From: Bacteroidota bacterium
Lineage (GTDB): Bacteria; Bacteroidota; Bacteroidia; UKL13-3
NCBI GenBank assembly: GCA_947464275.1
Contig: CANHVU010000011.1
Location: forward strand, 23,429-87,428
DNA: 64,000 nucleotides
Reading direction: 5' to 3'
A program made the translations under genes and the position numbers. The notes beneath the pieces were generated by a model. It saw nothing but the letters and a program-made list of their open reading frames with translations. It searched no databases and was not told where the DNA came from. Shown one piece after another: positions 40,606-49,810 of this stretch (its first letter is position 1; each line of letters opens with the position of its first letter).

Positions 40606-41865
40606 TTATTTTCCTCTTATTATTACTACAGGGTCTATTTTACTGGCTTTGCGCGCAGGAAATAAACCAGCAAAGTAGGTGGTGATTAACGAAAAGGTAA
40701 TGCCTATGGTATAAAACTTAGGATTGTAATTAATAGGATAAGTTTTAATAGTAGGTAATGATGCTGTATTAAACGGAATTTGATCAATAAGAGACGACAG
40801 CCCAAAGCCAAACAAAAGCCCTACCAAACCACCAAAAAAGCCGATGCTTAAAGCTATTACCACAAATATGGTATTTACATCTTTACCCGAAAAACCTGTG
40901 GCTTTTAAAATGGCAATGGAATCCATTTTTTCGTAAATCATCATGTTTAAAATATTGTAAATACCAAAACCTGCCACTATTAAAAGCGTTATTCCTACTG
41001 CATACGAAATCAATGTTCTTATTGAACTTCCGGTTTCAAACTGTGAGTTAGCTGTTTGAATATCTTCGGCATCTATTCCAAACGTATTAGCATATTCTTT
41101 AGCCAATACAGGTGCAGTGGTCATATCGTTTAGTTTAACTTGAATATCGGTAATGTAATTACTGGACTTACCTAATAATTTTTGAGTGGTAGTTAACGAG
41201 CAATAACTTTGTACTTTATCTAACTCAACCAACCCCGATTGAAAAAAGCCAACTACTTTAAGCTGAATTCTGTCGCCTTTTGGAGTTGTAATTTGTATTA
41301 CATCGCCAATATTAGCCAACATTTTTTCAGCAGCTCCTTTACCTAAAATTATGCTATTGGGCACATTCAGTAAATCAATATAATTACCCGCAGTTACATA
41401 ATCGTTAAAGAAAAATAACTTATTTTCGGCTTCTACATCTATTCCATTTATAACGCCTGTAATATCAATAGCACCCACATTATAAAACACTTGCGCTATA
41501 ATTTTAGGTGCAATTCCTTTTACCCTTTTATCGCTGTGCAATGCTTTTAAAATGGCGCCATTATTATAAATCTCTTGCCTGGCATTACTTGGTTTTATAG
41601 AATGTATAAAATGATAACTGCTTTTAAATTTATCCGATAAATCAATAGGTTGGTCTTTGGTGGCTTTTATTTCGTTAAACAATTTAATATGCGCAGTTCG
41701 GTTTAAAATCAAACCATCCAACAAATCGTTAAGGCCGCTCATAAAACTAAGCAAAGTAATAAACATGGTAATACTAAAAGTAACTCCAATAGCTGCTACC
41801 AATGTTTGTCGCCACCGCGCTAATAAAAGCGATTTGGCTATGGTTAAAAGTAATTTGAAGTTCAT
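40606..41865 (-). CDS. ABC transporter permease, FtsX/MacB family
   Basis: 419 aa. It has an N-terminal TM helix, a large periplasmic domain and a C-terminal FtsX-like 3-TM bundle. It is tightly packed with the ATPase gene. Confidence 0.85.
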   Translation of the reverse strand: MNFKLLLTIAKSLLLARWRQTLVAAIGVTFSITMFITLLSFMSGLNDLLDGLILNRTAHIKLFNEIKATKDQPIDLSDKFKSSYHFIHSIKPSNARQEIYNNGAILKALHSDKRVKGIAPKIIAQVFYNVGAIDITGVINGIDVEAENKLFFFNDYVTAGNYIDLLNVPNSIILGKGAAEKMLANIGDVIQITTPKGDRIQLKVVGFFQSGLVELDKVQSYCSLTTTQKLLGKSSNYITDIQVKLNDMTTAPVLAKEYANTFGIDAEDIQTANSQFETGSSIRTLISYAVGITLLIVAGFGIYNILNMMIYEKMDSIAILKATGFSGKDVNTIFVVIALSIGFFGGLVGLLFGFGLSSLIDQIPFNTASLPTIKTYPINYNPKFYTIGITFSLITTYFAGLFPARKASKIDPVVIIRGK

Positions 41866-42947
41866 TATTTGGCAGGCACTATTAATTCGTCAGCTACTGA
41901 AACACCACTTAAAATTTCAACCATTTTGTAATCTTTCAAACCAATTTTTACCGCTATTTTATCGCCTTTGGCATTGGTTACAAAACCATCATCGCTTACC
42001 ATATTGCGAGGCAGGGTAATTACATTTTTTTTAGTTTGAATTACAATATTGGCTTCGGCAGTAAGATTAGGATACAATGTTTGGGGCTTTTTGGTAAACT
42101 TAGCTTCTACTAAAAAAGTTTTGGTTCTTTCGTTCATAATGGGGTTAATTTTACTAACCGTAGCCTCATACACTTGGCCTTTGTAACTATCTAACGATAT
42201 TAAAACCAATTGCCCTAATTGCACCTTTACTATATCGTATTCATCAATTTGTAGTTCTAGTTTAAAATCGTTGGCCGACCCAATAATGGCAATGGGTGTT
42301 TGGGTATTTACCATTTCACCTTTTTCTTTTAAAATGCTATACACCTTGCCTTCTATTTCACTTTTCACTACAAAATCGTTGAGCTGTTTTTGGGCAATGC
42401 TTAAGTTTTTTTGCGCCTGTTGCGATGTAAACTGTAACTGACGTTTTAAATCTTGGTACTTAATTAAAGCTGATAAATACGTGGTTTTTGAATTTTGAAA
42501 AGCCAATTCGCGTTGGTCTAAATCGTTTTGAGAGCCTACTTGCTGTTTCCATAAATTTTGCTGACGCACATATAACGATGAATCGGTTAAAAACTTAGCC
42601 TTAGTTAAATCTATGGTGTTTTTTAAATCGTTTAGCTTGCTTTGGTTAGCGCTAAAATCGTTAAAGCCTGCGGCTAGTTTGGCATTTTCTGAATTTAATT
42701 TTGAGGTTTCGTTTTGAACCGAAACTAAAGGCGTGTTGAGCTTTACCAAACTACCTTCTGTTACCATTATTTGATTGATAATGCCACTAACGGTAGCATA
42801 AACTTGGTATTGGTTTTCGGCCTTAATGGTGCCCGATGCATATACCGATTCTGTAATGTCTTGCTGAATTGGTTTAATCTTTTCAACCTTTTTTTTGCAA
42901 GCCGTAAAAGCGGAAACTATAACTATTGCAAATACCCATTTTTTCAT
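41865..42947 (-). CDS. Efflux periplasmic adaptor (HlyD/MFP family) lipoprotein
   Basis: 360 aa. The lipobox is VSAFTAC. A coiled-coil middle region and a barrel-sandwich C-terminus are present. There is a 1-nt overlap with the permease start. Confidence 0.85.
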   Translation of the reverse strand: MKKWVFAIVIVSAFTACKKKVEKIKPIQQDITESVYASGTIKAENQYQVYATVSGIINQIMVTEGSLVKLNTPLVSVQNETSKLNSENAKLAAGFNDFSANQSKLNDLKNTIDLTKAKFLTDSSLYVRQQNLWKQQVGSQNDLDQRELAFQNSKTTYLSALIKYQDLKRQLQFTSQQAQKNLSIAQKQLNDFVVKSEIEGKVYSILKEKGEMVNTQTPIAIIGSANDFKLELQIDEYDIVKVQLGQLVLISLDSYKGQVYEATVSKINPIMNERTKTFLVEAKFTKKPQTLYPNLTAEANIVIQTKKNVITLPRNMVSDDGFVTNAKGDKIAVKIGLKDYKMVEILSGVSVADELIVPAK

Positions 42948-43079
42948 AGTTCAAATGTATAGTTTAGTTTTAAATAGCAGTATGATGTGGGTCAGTAAAA
43001 AAGCGTATGTTGGATTTTGGCTGCTAGCTGCTGACTAGGCCATAAAGAGGAACAGCCTGTCACACCAACAATAATGAAA

Positions 43080-43431
43080 GTCATGCCGGAGGCAACTTCT
43101 TGGCTTTAACTAATTGCTTTCTATTAACATTAACTTTGTCAACATCAAACGTCATTGCGATCGCAGAGAAGCAATCTCAAGCGAGCTTTTACATTTCATA
43201 ACTTGAGATCGCTTCGTTCCTCGCGATGACGCTAAATGCAACACCTATCATCCAAAATTCCACACGCAGTCATGCCGAAGGCATCTTCCTTTATTAACAA
43301 ACACCTTTCCTTTTAGCCTTTCACCAATGGAAGCAATTCACCTAGACCAAACGAAGTTTTGTATCGATTATTCAACTACTTTGTAGTTGCTTTTGTTGCG
43401 TGTTTCATTGTACCACGAATTTAATTCGTGG
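43080..43431. repeat. Cluster of GC-richer palindromic word elements in an 815-nt non-coding gap
   Basis: gtcatgccgGaggcaActtcT (43080-43100) and gtcatgccgAaggcaTcttcC (43269-43289) match at 18 of 21 nt. An imperfect ~30-nt inverted repeat pairs gtcattgcgatcgcagagaagcaatctcaag (43151-43181) with cttgagatcgcttcgttcctcgcgatgac (43202-43230). A 19-nt palindrome ccacgaatttaattcgtgg lies at 43413-43431. Confidence 0.85.
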
Positions 43432-43762
43432 CTATTAAAATTAAACCCCTTCAGGGTTTTTGTAACCTTACTTTTTTCATTTAAAACCGAATTCTTATTC
43501 CGCATTCAATATTTCGAACTTCGCATTCCTTTGTTTTCTATAATAACATGTAAGCCAAACCAACCACCATTTAAACTAGCTAAATGTGCTTTAATAAAAA
43601 CTAAAATTAACTTGTTTTAATAGGTGTAATAAATATGTTTGTAATACTAAAAATAAAACAAACATCCGCATAACTGCCAAAATTAGCGAGATATGCACTA
43701 TAAAGTATTGCATATCTACAAGTTGGTGACAAGCTTACAAGAAACAGCAAAAATAATAGAAC

Positions 43763-44620
43763 ATGAAAGGAAAATGTGCTTTATATGATATTGAATCGGA
43801 ATTGAAATTAAGTCACATTATTCCAAAGTTTGCTTTCGATTATTTAAAACGAACTGGAGGAAAATATTTGAGAACTTATGAAAACCCAGATCAAAGAGTT
43901 CAAGATGGCCCAAAACAATATTTATTATGCGAAAAAGCCGAACAAGAATTTGGCAAAAGAGAAAGATGGTTTTCACATAATATCTTCCTGCCATACTTAA
44001 AAGACAGCAAAATGGAGTTTGATTACGATGAGAACTTTGCATATTTCATGATCTCTATATTGTGGAGAGTTTTAGTTGATCAAACCAAATATGAGGACGT
44101 AAAAGCAGAAAAAAGATTAGATTTTTTAGAAGACGTAAAATCCGAGTGGAAAAGTTTTTTGGCGGATTCAATTTATCCCCAAAATTTTAACGACCTCAAT
44201 ATTTTATTAACTGATAGGATTACTTAACACAATACAAATGGAATAAATGTCGATTTGTATATGTCAAGAATAATTGATGCAACAATAGTTCATAATGAGA
44301 AATATACAACAGTTGCTGTTTATGTAAAATTTTTGCGTTTTATTATTTGGAGTGTGGTTAAAGGAAATCCAAATGATTGTGAAGATGTAAAAATTAAATT
44401 CACTCCTAATAAATTAAAAACACCACAAAAACTTCGTGATAATTTCTTTGGAGGTTTCATAATGAATCGCATTCAAGAAATAGACAATAAACCTAAAACA
44501 AGTGAAAAAGAACAAGAAATAATAGTCAAAGAAGTATTAAAAAATGAAGAAGAATTTTGGAATAGTGATGTTGGTAAATCATTAATCAATGATTATGAGA
44601 AAAGCAAAGCCATCCAATAA
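43763..44620 (+). pseudogene. Degenerate HNH-like (tentative) gene interrupted by a single in-frame TAA
   Basis: ORFs 43763-44227 and 44255-44620 share one frame. The only stop between them is the TAA at 44225-44227. The N-terminus KCALYD...LKLSHIIPKF...LLCEKAEQEFG loosely resembles the HNH_5-type layout. Confidence 0.5.
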
Positions 44621-44700
44621 AAATGCTAAAACTCATGGCTAGCTTTTTGGTAAATTGTCCGTTTCTTTTTCCTAGCTTAGCTCATACTAGGCTGAAAAAA

Positions 44701-44794
44701 TCCGCACTCGCTCCCATCCCACTAATGAGCATTTCAAAAGGCCTATAGTAAAAATAACTTAACCGCTTTAGCCAAAACCTAAAGCGGTTTTTTC
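44701..44794 (+). repeat. Cassette module copy A (hairpin 1 degenerate, terminator intact)
   Basis: tccgcactcgctcccatcc...gagcatttcaaaagg...aaccgctttagccaaaacctaaagcggtttttt. Hairpin 2 pairs ccgctttag (44763-44771) with ctaaagcgg (44779-44787) as a perfect 9-bp stem plus a T-run. Confidence 0.75.
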
Positions 44795-45071
44795 TTTATT
44801 TATAACTTATTTAAAAAAAAGTTTATAAATGATTCAAACACCACACTAAAAGAAATAAAGCAGAAAGTTTTTTAAAATAGGCGCATCTTTTGAGAAAGTG
44901 GTTAAGGTTTTGGAGTTAATGGCAACTTTTAGTTGATTTAAAAACCGCCATTTTTTTTGAATGATGAACCAAAACTAAGGGTTTATCAATTCGATCTAAG
45001 GTTTGATATATTCATCAATATATGGAGGGTTTAGCATTATAGTTTTGCCTTATCATTTAATCCTTAAAATC

Positions 45072-46598
45072 ATGAATATAAAAAACCACCAATTCAATTT
45101 GAATCAAATTTTAGCATTACTTTTATTTTTGTCGGCTACTTTTGTTCAAGCTCAAAATTGCAGAAAAGATACTATTACCAAGTATAGTGTAAATGCTACA
45201 AACGTAAAAACACCTTATTATATTATTATAAACGAATTTAATGCTACCAATGCTGTAATAAAACAAACCGAAAAAAACAGAGTAAGCAATGCTTGGGTAA
45301 ATTATAAAGAAGTTTCATATACTTATAATTCAAGTAATAAGCAAACAATGATTATTGAAAAAAGATGGGTAAACGAAGTTTGGGAAAACTTTTCAAAATC
45401 TGAGTTTATTTTTAATACTTCTAATTTACCATTAGAAACAAATACCTACACTTGGAACAACTCTAATAATACTTGGATGCCTAATCAAAGTGTGGTTAAA
45501 ACTTTTGATGTTAATGGAAATGAAAAATCGGTAATTTATAAAAATGCAGTATTAACTAATTGGGTTAACAATACAAAGGCTGAAATGGAATATGATGCCA
45601 ATAACAACAAAACTTTAAACACCAATTCTTTATGGGACAATACCAATATGTTATGGTTAAAACAAAATCAGCAAGCCATGACTTATACTGCAAGTAACAA
45701 GTTGGCAACTGTAGAAAGAAAAAACTGGAATTCAGGAAACAGTAGTTTCTCCCCACAACTTAAAGAAAGCTATACTTATAATAGCAGCGATTTAGAAACA
45801 ATATTATTAACTCAAAGTTGGGATGGCAGTTCATGGATTAACAATATTAGAACACTTAGAAGCTATCAAAACAGTAAACTTTCGAGCAAAACAAATCAAT
45901 CATATTTTGGACCAACTGAGGGTTTTAAATCAACCAATGTTGAATATTATGTTTACAATTCGGATGGTTTACTAACTGAAAAACTTCTTAAAAACTTTGT
46001 GGTGCCTAGCACTACAGAGGTAAATGTGAACAAAGAAAATTACACCTACAATACAGATAAATTAATTACCAAATTTGAAAAATATAATTGGAATACTTCA
46101 ACTACGAGGTATGCCATTAGTAATTCGGTAAATTACGGTTATAATACTGCTAAGAAAAAAACACTTGAAGAGAGTTTAAGTTACAACGCAACCTACATGT
46201 CTATGCTTCCTAATGAAAAACAAACATACGAATTTGATTCCAATGGTGTGGAAGTTGCATACGAAAATTCATTTAATTTTAGTCCTAGCCAAGGCCGATA
46301 CCAAACAATAAATAGGGAAGAATATGCATGTGGCAAAGCAAGTTCAACATCAATAAAACCATTAACTGTTAAAGAGTCGCTTGTTTACCCTAATCCTGCT
46401 TCAAACAGGGTAAATTTGGAAATTATGAAAAAAAGTGAGGTTTATATTTTTAACAATTTTGGCAAATTGATGTTTTCAAGCCAAGCAGAAAATGAACTAT
46501 TAAATATTGATTTATCTAATTATATCGATGGTATTTATTTTGTTCAAATTAAAAATGAATTTGGGTCTATTACTCAAAAACTAAATATAGTAAAGTAG
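45072..46598 (+). CDS. Secreted repeat protein with a T9SS C-terminal sorting domain
   Basis: The start is taken at MNIKNHQFNLNQILALLLFLSATFVQAQ. About 45-aa W/N/Y-rich units recur (W.N....E..YTYN..N). The C-terminus reads LVYPNPASNRVNLEI...GIYFVQIKNEFGSITQKLNIVK. Confidence 0.75.
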   Translation: MNIKNHQFNLNQILALLLFLSATFVQAQNCRKDTITKYSVNATNVKTPYYIIINEFNATNAVIKQTEKNRVSNAWVNYKEVSYTYNSSNKQTMIIEKRWVNEVWENFSKSEFIFNTSNLPLETNTYTWNNSNNTWMPNQSVVKTFDVNGNEKSVIYKNAVLTNWVNNTKAEMEYDANNNKTLNTNSLWDNTNMLWLKQNQQAMTYTASNKLATVERKNWNSGNSSFSPQLKESYTYNSSDLETILLTQSWDGSSWINNIRTLRSYQNSKLSSKTNQSYFGPTEGFKSTNVEYYVYNSDGLLTEKLLKNFVVPSTTEVNVNKENYTYNTDKLITKFEKYNWNTSTTRYAISNSVNYGYNTAKKKTLEESLSYNATYMSMLPNEKQTYEFDSNGVEVAYENSFNFSPSQGRYQTINREEYACGKASSTSIKPLTVKESLVYPNPASNRVNLEIMKKSEVYIFNNFGKLMFSSQAENELLNIDLSNYIDGIYFVQIKNEFGSITQKLNIVK

Positions 46599-46620
46599 TT
46601 TTCTTTTTTCATGTGTAGAA

Positions 46621-46651
46621 GTCGTAAGTTTAATTACTTGCGGCTTTTTTT
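46621..46651 (+). terminator. Intrinsic terminator
   Basis: Stem gtcgtaagt (46621-46629) / acttgcggc (46636-46644) with two G.U pairs, then a T-run at 46645-46651. Confidence 0.65.
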
Positions 46652-46672
46652 ATGAGCACATTTAGGCGAATT

Positions 46673-46838
46673 TTCTACACACGCTCGCATCTTGCGAGTG
46701 TTCATTTAACTAAGCCTCTAGCTTGTATAAACTTCAACTGCTTAAGCTAAAACTTAAGCGGTTTTTTTTGTGTTTTTTAATTCAAACAAACTATTATTTT
46801 TCCTTTGTTTTTTTAGGTTTTATGTAGATGTTTACAAC
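46673..46838 (+). repeat. Cassette module copy B (complete: hairpin 1, terminator hairpin 2, AT box)
   Basis: Hairpin 1 pairs acgctcgca (46681-46689) with tgcgagtgt (46693-46701). Hairpin 2 pairs ctgcttaag (46738-46746) with cttaagcgg (46753-46761) and is followed by a T8 run. The AT box attatttttcctttgtttttttaggttttatgtagatgtttacaa ends at 46837. The copy is about 85% identical to copy C over ~160 nt. Confidence 0.9.
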
Positions 46839-46885
46839 AAGTTTGAAATAACTATAAATAAAATTTAAAGCAAGAATTTAAAAGG

Positions 46886-47677
46886 ATGTTTTTCAAAAAA
46901 AAGAAACTAACCGAAACAGAATTTGCAAAAAAGTTTGCAAATCAAATAACTGAATCAATAAGCGGTTTGCAAATTATTTCAATTAATGAACTTGAAATAA
47001 AAACGGAATTTAATGATTCGAAGGAAATTACTCACTACTTAGACAATTGCTATAGTGAGTATTTGAATGACCCAAAAGATATAAAAGAAATTATGAATAG
47101 GTATTTAAATGCAGCTAAGTCGCTTTATCTACCAAAGGAACCAATAAATACAGACAGAATTGTACCCGTTATAAAAGACCATAGATTTGTAAGTCAGTTG
47201 AAAGAATTAAATTCAAGCTTTGAAGACAACCATGTTTATGAAAAATACAATTCTGAATTATATTTGTTTTTTGCAGAAGATAAAGAACATAGTATAAACT
47301 ACATAACTCAAGACGATTTTAAATCACTTGCAATATCTTATGAAAGTTTAAAATCAAAGGCTATTGAAAACTTAGAAAACATGATTTCAATAGAATGTCA
47401 TGGAGAAAATGGTTATTTTATGCTAGTTGCTGGCGGAAATTATGAAACAAGTTTAATTTTACTCGACATTTGGGATAAAGATAATTTTGATGTAAAAGGT
47501 GAAATAATTATTGGAATACCCTCCCGCGATTTATTAATTATTACTGGTAAAGACGATTCAGAAAACAAGGAAAAACTTCAAAATATTATTACCGAAATAA
47601 ATGAATCTGGAGACCATTTAGTATCAAAAGAAATGTTTGAATACATCAATGGAAAATTTGAGAAAATACTAGCATAA
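46886..47677 (+). CDS. Cytoplasmic protein, DUF1444/YtpQ-like (tentative)
   Basis: 263 aa with no signal peptide. The layout and motifs (VPVIKDHRF..., LYLFFAEDKEHSINYITQDDFKSL...AIENL, GIPSRDLLII) resemble the DUF1444 family by eye. Confidence 0.5.
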   Translation: MFFKKKKLTETEFAKKFANQITESISGLQIISINELEIKTEFNDSKEITHYLDNCYSEYLNDPKDIKEIMNRYLNAAKSLYLPKEPINTDRIVPVIKDHRFVSQLKELNSSFEDNHVYEKYNSELYLFFAEDKEHSINYITQDDFKSLAISYESLKSKAIENLENMISIECHGENGYFMLVAGGNYETSLILLDIWDKDNFDVKGEIIIGIPSRDLLIITGKDDSENKEKLQNIITEINESGDHLVSKEMFEYINGKFEKILA

Positions 47678-47690
47678 GTGTTAGCTTATG

Positions 47691-47796
47691 GTGCTCATAT
47701 TTCATAATAAATTTAACCTCCAATATCTATTGTAGCTTATAAAACCATCATTTATTTTTACTTTGTTTTTTTTAGGTTTTATATAGATGTTCACAA
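47691..47796 (+). repeat. Cassette module copy F (front half degenerate, AT box conserved)
   Basis: The AT box atttatttttactttgttttttttaggttttatatagatgttcacaa lies at 47750-47796. The upstream part matches the module only loosely (tgtagcttataaaacc versus tggcttgtataaatttt aacc), and there is no terminator hairpin. Confidence 0.7.
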
Positions 47797-48007
47797 AAGA
47801 TGGTATGAATACATCGGGATACACACACTGACGTTAAGCATAACCAAAAAAACTCACAATTATAAGTAATTCTTAAATACTCAAAATGAATGGAAATATT
47901 TACAGCTTTACAAGGAGATAAGTATCCATTACATTACAAAAAATGGAAATTAAATTTGAAGAATTTAGCCATTATATGTTTAGTTTTGTTATACATTTCA
48001 ACTTTCA

Positions 48008-49411
48008 ATGAAACGATTATTTTTAATTGCTATCCTATTTTTTAATGCTTTGTGTAATTCTTTTGCGCAATATGTAGTTGCTCCTGATAGTGTTATCCAT
48101 AAAGCCTTAGAGTGCTTTCAACCAAATAGAAAACTACCTGTTTTTTATTATGATAAAGGTAAAAGTACAAAGGCTGTTACCGATACTTTCTGGATTTGGA
48201 ATACCACCAAACGAGATATTTCTGTTTATTTAAACCCATATTACCACAAAGATTGGAATATGCCCAGCATAGTAAAAGCCAATAGTAAAGTTCCCTTGGT
48301 GTACTACGAAGTATTTGAAAATTTTGAAGGTTACTATTATCCTATTAATAAAATAGCAAGAATAGAATATGGCAATGAAAATTTAACTGTTACTCTATAC
48401 ACTCAACTCGTAAATAAAAATGCTACTAAGCGTAAAATGCCTGATGGTAGTTTGCAATTTACCTTTCCGTTAGAAAGTTTAAAGCACAATTATTTATATA
48501 CTTTTCCAAATGGTATAATGAAAGAAGCTGGCTGCAAACTAAATGCAGATAGCAGTAAAATTGGAGGAATTACCACAAAAGCAAGATTTGGCGATGGCTA
48601 TGATGTAGCATATCATGGTAAAGAATTTAGCTTCGAATTAATGAATGCAGACATCAAGGATTGTAAAGTATATTATAGAAATGAGTTGCATGCAAAAGAC
48701 TATCCTATTTATATAACAAGCAATAAATTCAAATACCTATTTCCTGAAAAAGCCAGCGAACTAAAAATAGTAAAAGATAGTAGCAGTGTTATATACCCTT
48801 TGGTAGATGGGGCAAATAATAGAACTTTTCAATTGTACCTTATTAAACCTAACGAACCTTATGCGATTGTAGATCATATAAAACGACCTTTGGATTACAA
48901 ACACCATCAATATGCTGTATTTTATAATGCGCTGCCTAGTATAGAAAAGAACAAAACCACTTTTCGTGATTATCAAAAAGGCTACCCCGATTTAAAAATA
49001 TACAATATCCACTCCAAAACCGTTTTTGATTTAGAAAATTTAAGTGAGAACAGCAGAATAAAAATCTTGCAAGAGTTGCAAAATGATAGCTTAGTAAGAT
49101 GTATTATTAAACTAATTACTAAAACAGATGGCAAAGATAATTTTCAAATTTTTGATAATAGCATATACTGTTTTTTCCCAACTACTGTGCAACAAGAAAA
49201 TTTAATAGAAAAAGCAAAACGGTTTAATTTTGATTATATGACAACCGAATTCATAACTGAATATAAACACTGTTTTAAATACGGTAGTAAATTGTGGGAC
49301 GAAAAAGCAATGCAACAATTTGTTAAGTTTTACGAAAGTTATCCCTATTACGATTTTAAAATTAACTATTATATAATTGCAGAACCCGACATAAACAATT
49401 TAGAAAAATAA
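48008..49411 (+). CDS. Hypothetical secreted protein
   Basis: 467 aa. The signal peptide is MKRLFLIAILFFNALCNSFAQ. No family recognised. Confidence 0.6.
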   Translation: MKRLFLIAILFFNALCNSFAQYVVAPDSVIHKALECFQPNRKLPVFYYDKGKSTKAVTDTFWIWNTTKRDISVYLNPYYHKDWNMPSIVKANSKVPLVYYEVFENFEGYYYPINKIARIEYGNENLTVTLYTQLVNKNATKRKMPDGSLQFTFPLESLKHNYLYTFPNGIMKEAGCKLNADSSKIGGITTKARFGDGYDVAYHGKEFSFELMNADIKDCKVYYRNELHAKDYPIYITSNKFKYLFPEKASELKIVKDSSSVIYPLVDGANNRTFQLYLIKPNEPYAIVDHIKRPLDYKHHQYAVFYNALPSIEKNKTTFRDYQKGYPDLKIYNIHSKTVFDLENLSENSRIKILQELQNDSLVRCIIKLITKTDGKDNFQIFDNSIYCFFPTTVQQENLIEKAKRFNFDYMTTEFITEYKHCFKYGSKLWDEKAMQQFVKFYESYPYYDFKINYYIIAEPDINNLEK

Positions 49412-49431
49412 TAAACATTTTTGGCACTCAC

Positions 49432-49500
49432 TATCCGCAGAGTTAGCAAAGCTATAATAAGGCTTGAAAAATAATTTTACTTTGTATTTTTAGGTTGAAT
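49432..49500 (+). repeat. Cassette module copy E (short relic)
   Basis: ctatccgcagagttagcaaagctataataaggcttgaaaaataattttactttgtatttttaggttgaat retains the ccgcag start, the ggcttg word and a shortened AT box. Confidence 0.6.
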
Positions 49501-49574
49501 AGGCATACCTTAGCGGTTAATTAATTGCAAAAGTTTAATATATCGAACTACGAAAAAAAAAATATTAAGTGACG

Positions 49575-49787
49575 ATGAAAAAAACAATTTCACATTGGTT
49601 AATAGCGATAATTTTAATGCTTTCATTATCGCAATGTACAAAGGACGGCTGCATTGAAAATAACAAGAGTTGCAATTGCACCAAACAATATGATCCTGTT
49701 TGCGGGTGCAACGATAAAACGTATGGCAATTCGTGTGAAGCTGAATGCAAAGGAATAACTAATTATACAAAAGGAGCCTGCAAATAA
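49575..49787 (+). CDS. Small Kazal-type protease-inhibitor domain protein (probable lipoprotein)
   Basis: CNCTKQYDPVCGCNDKTYGNSCEAECKGITNYTKGAC fits the Kazal pattern C-x-C-x6-PVCG-x4-TY-x-N-x-C-x3-C-x(n)-C. The N-terminal signal ends LSLSQC. The ATG at 49575 is preferred over the GTG at 49569. Confidence 0.8.
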   Translation: MKKTISHWLIAIILMLSLSQCTKDGCIENNKSCNCTKQYDPVCGCNDKTYGNSCEAECKGITNYTKGACK

Positions 49788-49810
49788 AAACAATTAATAA
49801 ATCACTTCAA

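Noticed and set aside
43387-43620. A 77-aa plus-strand ORF in the 815-nt gap
   Set aside because: It is translated straight through palindromic and hairpin elements (ccacgaatttaattcgtgg, aaaccccttcagggttt). It has no start context or motif and is most likely non-coding.
46791-46838. Calling the conserved AT box a sigma-A promoter
   Set aside because: It contains a TTTG followed 17 nt later by TAGATGTT, which matches only 4 of the 6 fixed positions of TAnnTTTG. The spacing is also shorter than the usual ~19-21 nt. I kept it as a conserved box of unknown role rather than an annotated promoter.
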